Below the pieces are notes generated by a model. The model saw nothing but the letters and a program-made list of their open reading frames with translations, was not told the origin of the DNA and made no database searches. Source: Bacillus mesophilus (GTDB taxonomy: Bacteria > Bacillota > Bacilli > Bacillales > SA4). Taken from it: 24,000 nucleotides of DNA. A program made the position numbers and the translations under genes. The stretch is taken from assembly GCF_011008845.1 (NCBI RefSeq), contig NZ_JAAIWM010000006.1, positions 88,832 through 112,831 of the forward strand. Direction: 5' to 3'. This document shows positions 22,284 to 24,000 of this stretch, one piece after another. Every line of letters begins with the position of its first letter. Within the stretch, counting starts at the first letter, position 1.

Positions 22284-23552
22284 TTATGAACTAAATTTTT
22301 CGCTTTTTGAATCTAAGAATACTTCAGGATAACCGTAGCTTCCGTGCTCACTCACGTCTAATCCCATAATCTCTTCTTCTTCTGTTACGCGAAGACCTTT
22401 TAGGACGGCCTTACAAATTATTAGTAACACGAAGGAAACGATGAATGCGTAAGCTCCAGCAGATACAACTCCCATTAATTGTACGCCAAGCTGTGCGAAT
22501 CCACCACCGTAAAATAATCCAGGCAAACCAACTGTAGCTAGCTCTGGAGTTGCAAAGAATCCAGTAGATAAGGTTCCCCATACACCTGCTGCTCCATGAA
22601 CAGACAATGCATAGATTGGATCGTCAATCTTCTTCTTTTCAAAGAATCTCGCGCTATAGAATACTAAAACCCCAGCAATAAACCCGATTAATACAGCTGC
22701 CCAAGTATCTACAAATGCGCAGGATGCTGTGATGGCAACAAGTCCTGCTAATGCACCATTTAAAATAGTTGGTACATCTGACTTCCCTAAGACTAACCAT
22801 GAGATTAGTAACGCAGCAACCGCGCCTGCTCCAGCAGCTAAGTTTGTATTTAATGCAACAAAACCAAAGAAGGCGCCATCAACAGATACTGTGCTACCCG
22901 CATTGAATCCAAACCAACCGATCCATAGAATGAGTACCCCTAGTGCAGTATAAACTTGGTTGTGACCGAAAATGTTATTTGCGGAGCCATCTTTATTATA
23001 CTTACCGATACGAGGCTTAAGAAGAATAGTTGCAGCTAAAGCAGCCATTGCACCTGTTAAGTGAACAACGGTTGATCCAGCAAAATCTTGCTTGCCGTGT
23101 TCAGCTAACCAACCGCCGCCCCAAATCCAATGAGCGACTACCGGATAGACAAGTGCAGAGAAGAGGATAGTGAATAGTAGATAAACAGATAACTTTGCAC
23201 GTTCTGCAAACCCGCCAAGTGCAATGGTAATCGCAATTCCTGAAAAGGCTAGTTGGAATAAGAAGAATACTGAACCAGATAATGCTGCTCCTTCCGAATC
23301 ATAACCCGAATAAAAGAAATCGGACATCCCAACTAAGAAGTTTGCATTTCCTCCAAAGATAAAACCATAGCCAACTGCCCAGAATACTAGTGAAGCTAAT
23401 CCGTAGGTGAAGATCGTCTTACCCGCAATATGACCAGCATTTTTCATTCGGGTAGAACCTGCTTCGAGTAGTATAAATCCACCTAACATAAAAATAACAA
23501 GAATTGCACTAAGCATGACCCATACACTATTGAGTAAAAATGTAGTATCCAA
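22284..23552 (-). CDS. amt: Ammonium transporter (Amt family)
   Basis: TTG start with an AGGGGGA RBS 7 nt upstream. The protein is 422 aa with about 11 TM segments. Amt signatures are present: LLEAGSTRMKNA, DFAGSTVVHLTGA and SVHGAAGVWGTL (twin-His pore). Confidence 0.92.
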   Translation of the reverse strand: MDTTFLLNSVWVMLSAILVIFMLGGFILLEAGSTRMKNAGHIAGKTIFTYGLASLVFWAVGYGFIFGGNANFLVGMSDFFYSGYDSEGAALSGSVFFLFQLAFSGIAITIALGGFAERAKLSVYLLFTILFSALVYPVVAHWIWGGGWLAEHGKQDFAGSTVVHLTGAMAALAATILLKPRIGKYNKDGSANNIFGHNQVYTALGVLILWIGWFGFNAGSTVSVDGAFFGFVALNTNLAAGAGAVAALLISWLVLGKSDVPTILNGALAGLVAITASCAFVDTWAAVLIGFIAGVLVFYSARFFEKKKIDDPIYALSVHGAAGVWGTLSTGFFATPELATVGLPGLFYGGGFAQLGVQLMGVVSAGAYAFIVSFVLLIICKAVLKGLRVTEEEEIMGLDVSEHGSYGYPEVFLDSKSEKFSS

Positions 23553-23576
23553 ACCGTTTTCCCCCTAAAAATTTTT

Positions 23577-23593
23577 AGTTACATCTCATTACA
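23577..23593. promoter_or_regulatory. TnrA/GlnR box 2 (TGTAATGAGATGTAACT on the minus strand)
   Basis: Matches TGTNA-N7-TNACA except at the last base. It lies 5 nt from box 1. Confidence 0.5.
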
Positions 23594-23598
23594 ATACA

Positions 23599-23615
23599 TG
23601 TTACAAAAACTAACA
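23599..23615. promoter_or_regulatory. TnrA/GlnR box 1 (TGTTACAAAAACTAACA)
   Basis: A perfect match to the Bacillus nitrogen-regulator consensus TGTNA-N7-TNACA. It lies 47 nt upstream of the amt start codon. Confidence 0.7.
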
Positions 23616-23633
23616 TAACCTCTTGATATCTAT

Positions 23634-23662
23634 AATTTATGCCATGAAGAGGAAAAAGTCAA
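23634..23662 (-). promoter_or_regulatory. Candidate amt promoter
   Basis: On the minus strand, TTGACT (complement of 23657-23662) is followed by 17 nt and TAAATT (complement of 23634-23639). With this promoter both TnrA/GlnR boxes lie downstream of the TSS. Confidence 0.4.
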
Positions 23663-24000
23663 CGAAAAATCTGAAAATTTTATATATTATGTCATATGAT
23701 ATAACATGAAAGGGTTTCCAACCTTGTTGTAATCAGTAAAGTGCTTTTTCAAAAACTTTGGTGCTAGTTAAACTTTAGTTTGGAGGTTTCGATCGTACTT
23801 GGCTTAATTAGGTGTTAATTTGAAAAGAGGAAGTCTATTCATGTAAAATGGAATCGCCCTACTAAGGAGAAATTCGGGGTTTGAGATGATTTTCACATGA
23901 ACAATACGAAAATAGATTTTGTTAAAAAATTTGGTTTTATTGAATAATTTGTCTGTGTCTTAGTTATTAAAATGTAGATTATAGGAAAAGAGTGAAGAAT

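Noticed and set aside
22729-22953. ORF 22729..22953(+) antisense to amt
   Set aside because: An Ala/Pro-rich shadow of a GC-richer membrane-protein gene, with no RBS.
23663-24000. A possible riboswitch, sRNA or small ORF in the ORF-free right end of the window
   Set aside because: I recognised no conserved riboswitch core, convincing terminator or RBS-preceded ORF. One candidate, MNNTKIDFVKKFGFIE, has no RBS. The region probably holds the promoter and leader of a gene beyond the window, and it cannot be interpreted without downstream sequence.
1-24000. Mobile elements, prophage, rRNA/tRNA genes, a dif site, parS and DnaA-box clusters
   Set aside because: No transposase, integrase or phage-like ORF is present. 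There are no long terminal inverted repeats other than the short REP-like copies, and no tRNA-like cloverleaf or rRNA-like stretch. I noticed no match to the TTATCCACA, parS or dif consensus on visual scanning. A visual scan could miss degenerate sites.

Overview
The window looks like chromosomal DNA from a low-GC Firmicute, probably Bacillaceae. This rests on Bacillus-type control sites read directly from the sequence (Fur 7-1-7 boxes, a perfect CIRCE, TnrA/GlnR boxes, a yybP-ykoY Mn riboswitch), GGAGG-type RBSs and frequent TTG/GTG starts. I call 21 protein genes. They are a partial Fur-controlled iron(III) ABC binding lipoprotein, a secreted TolB-like beta-propeller, a Lys-rich orphan, a cold-shock protein, a TRM11/UPF0020-like methyltransferase and an SMP-30/gluconolactonase. 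Next come a divergent HTH/vWA pair, a stand-alone DUF4145 protein, truA, a riboswitch-controlled two-gene membrane operon, a YdjM-like hydrolase and CIRCE-controlled htpG. The rest are a cytochrome bd oxidase pair (cydAB, YthAB-like), an LTA-synthase-family protein, two FAD oxidases, and an ammonium transporter followed by a DUF294-type nucleotidyltransferase fused in an operon with a DEDDh exonuclease. I found no rRNA, tRNA, CRISPR array, transposase or integrase. Five things are not explained by ordinary annotation. (1) A helically phased array of eight GCYRATA sites lies between the htpG and cydB terminators. (2) A 27-bp REP-like element (GGGACA-N2-GGGACA-N7-TGTCCC) occurs three times, and two copies in inverted orientation bracket a two-gene cassette. 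(3) An HTH / cytosolic vWA / DUF4145 cluster has conflict-system flavour. (4) A Mn riboswitch drives a non-canonical cargo. (5) A translationally coupled nucleotidyltransferase-exonuclease pair sits where a Bacillus amt locus normally carries glnK. All family assignments come from motifs read by eye in the translations. No database search was possible.
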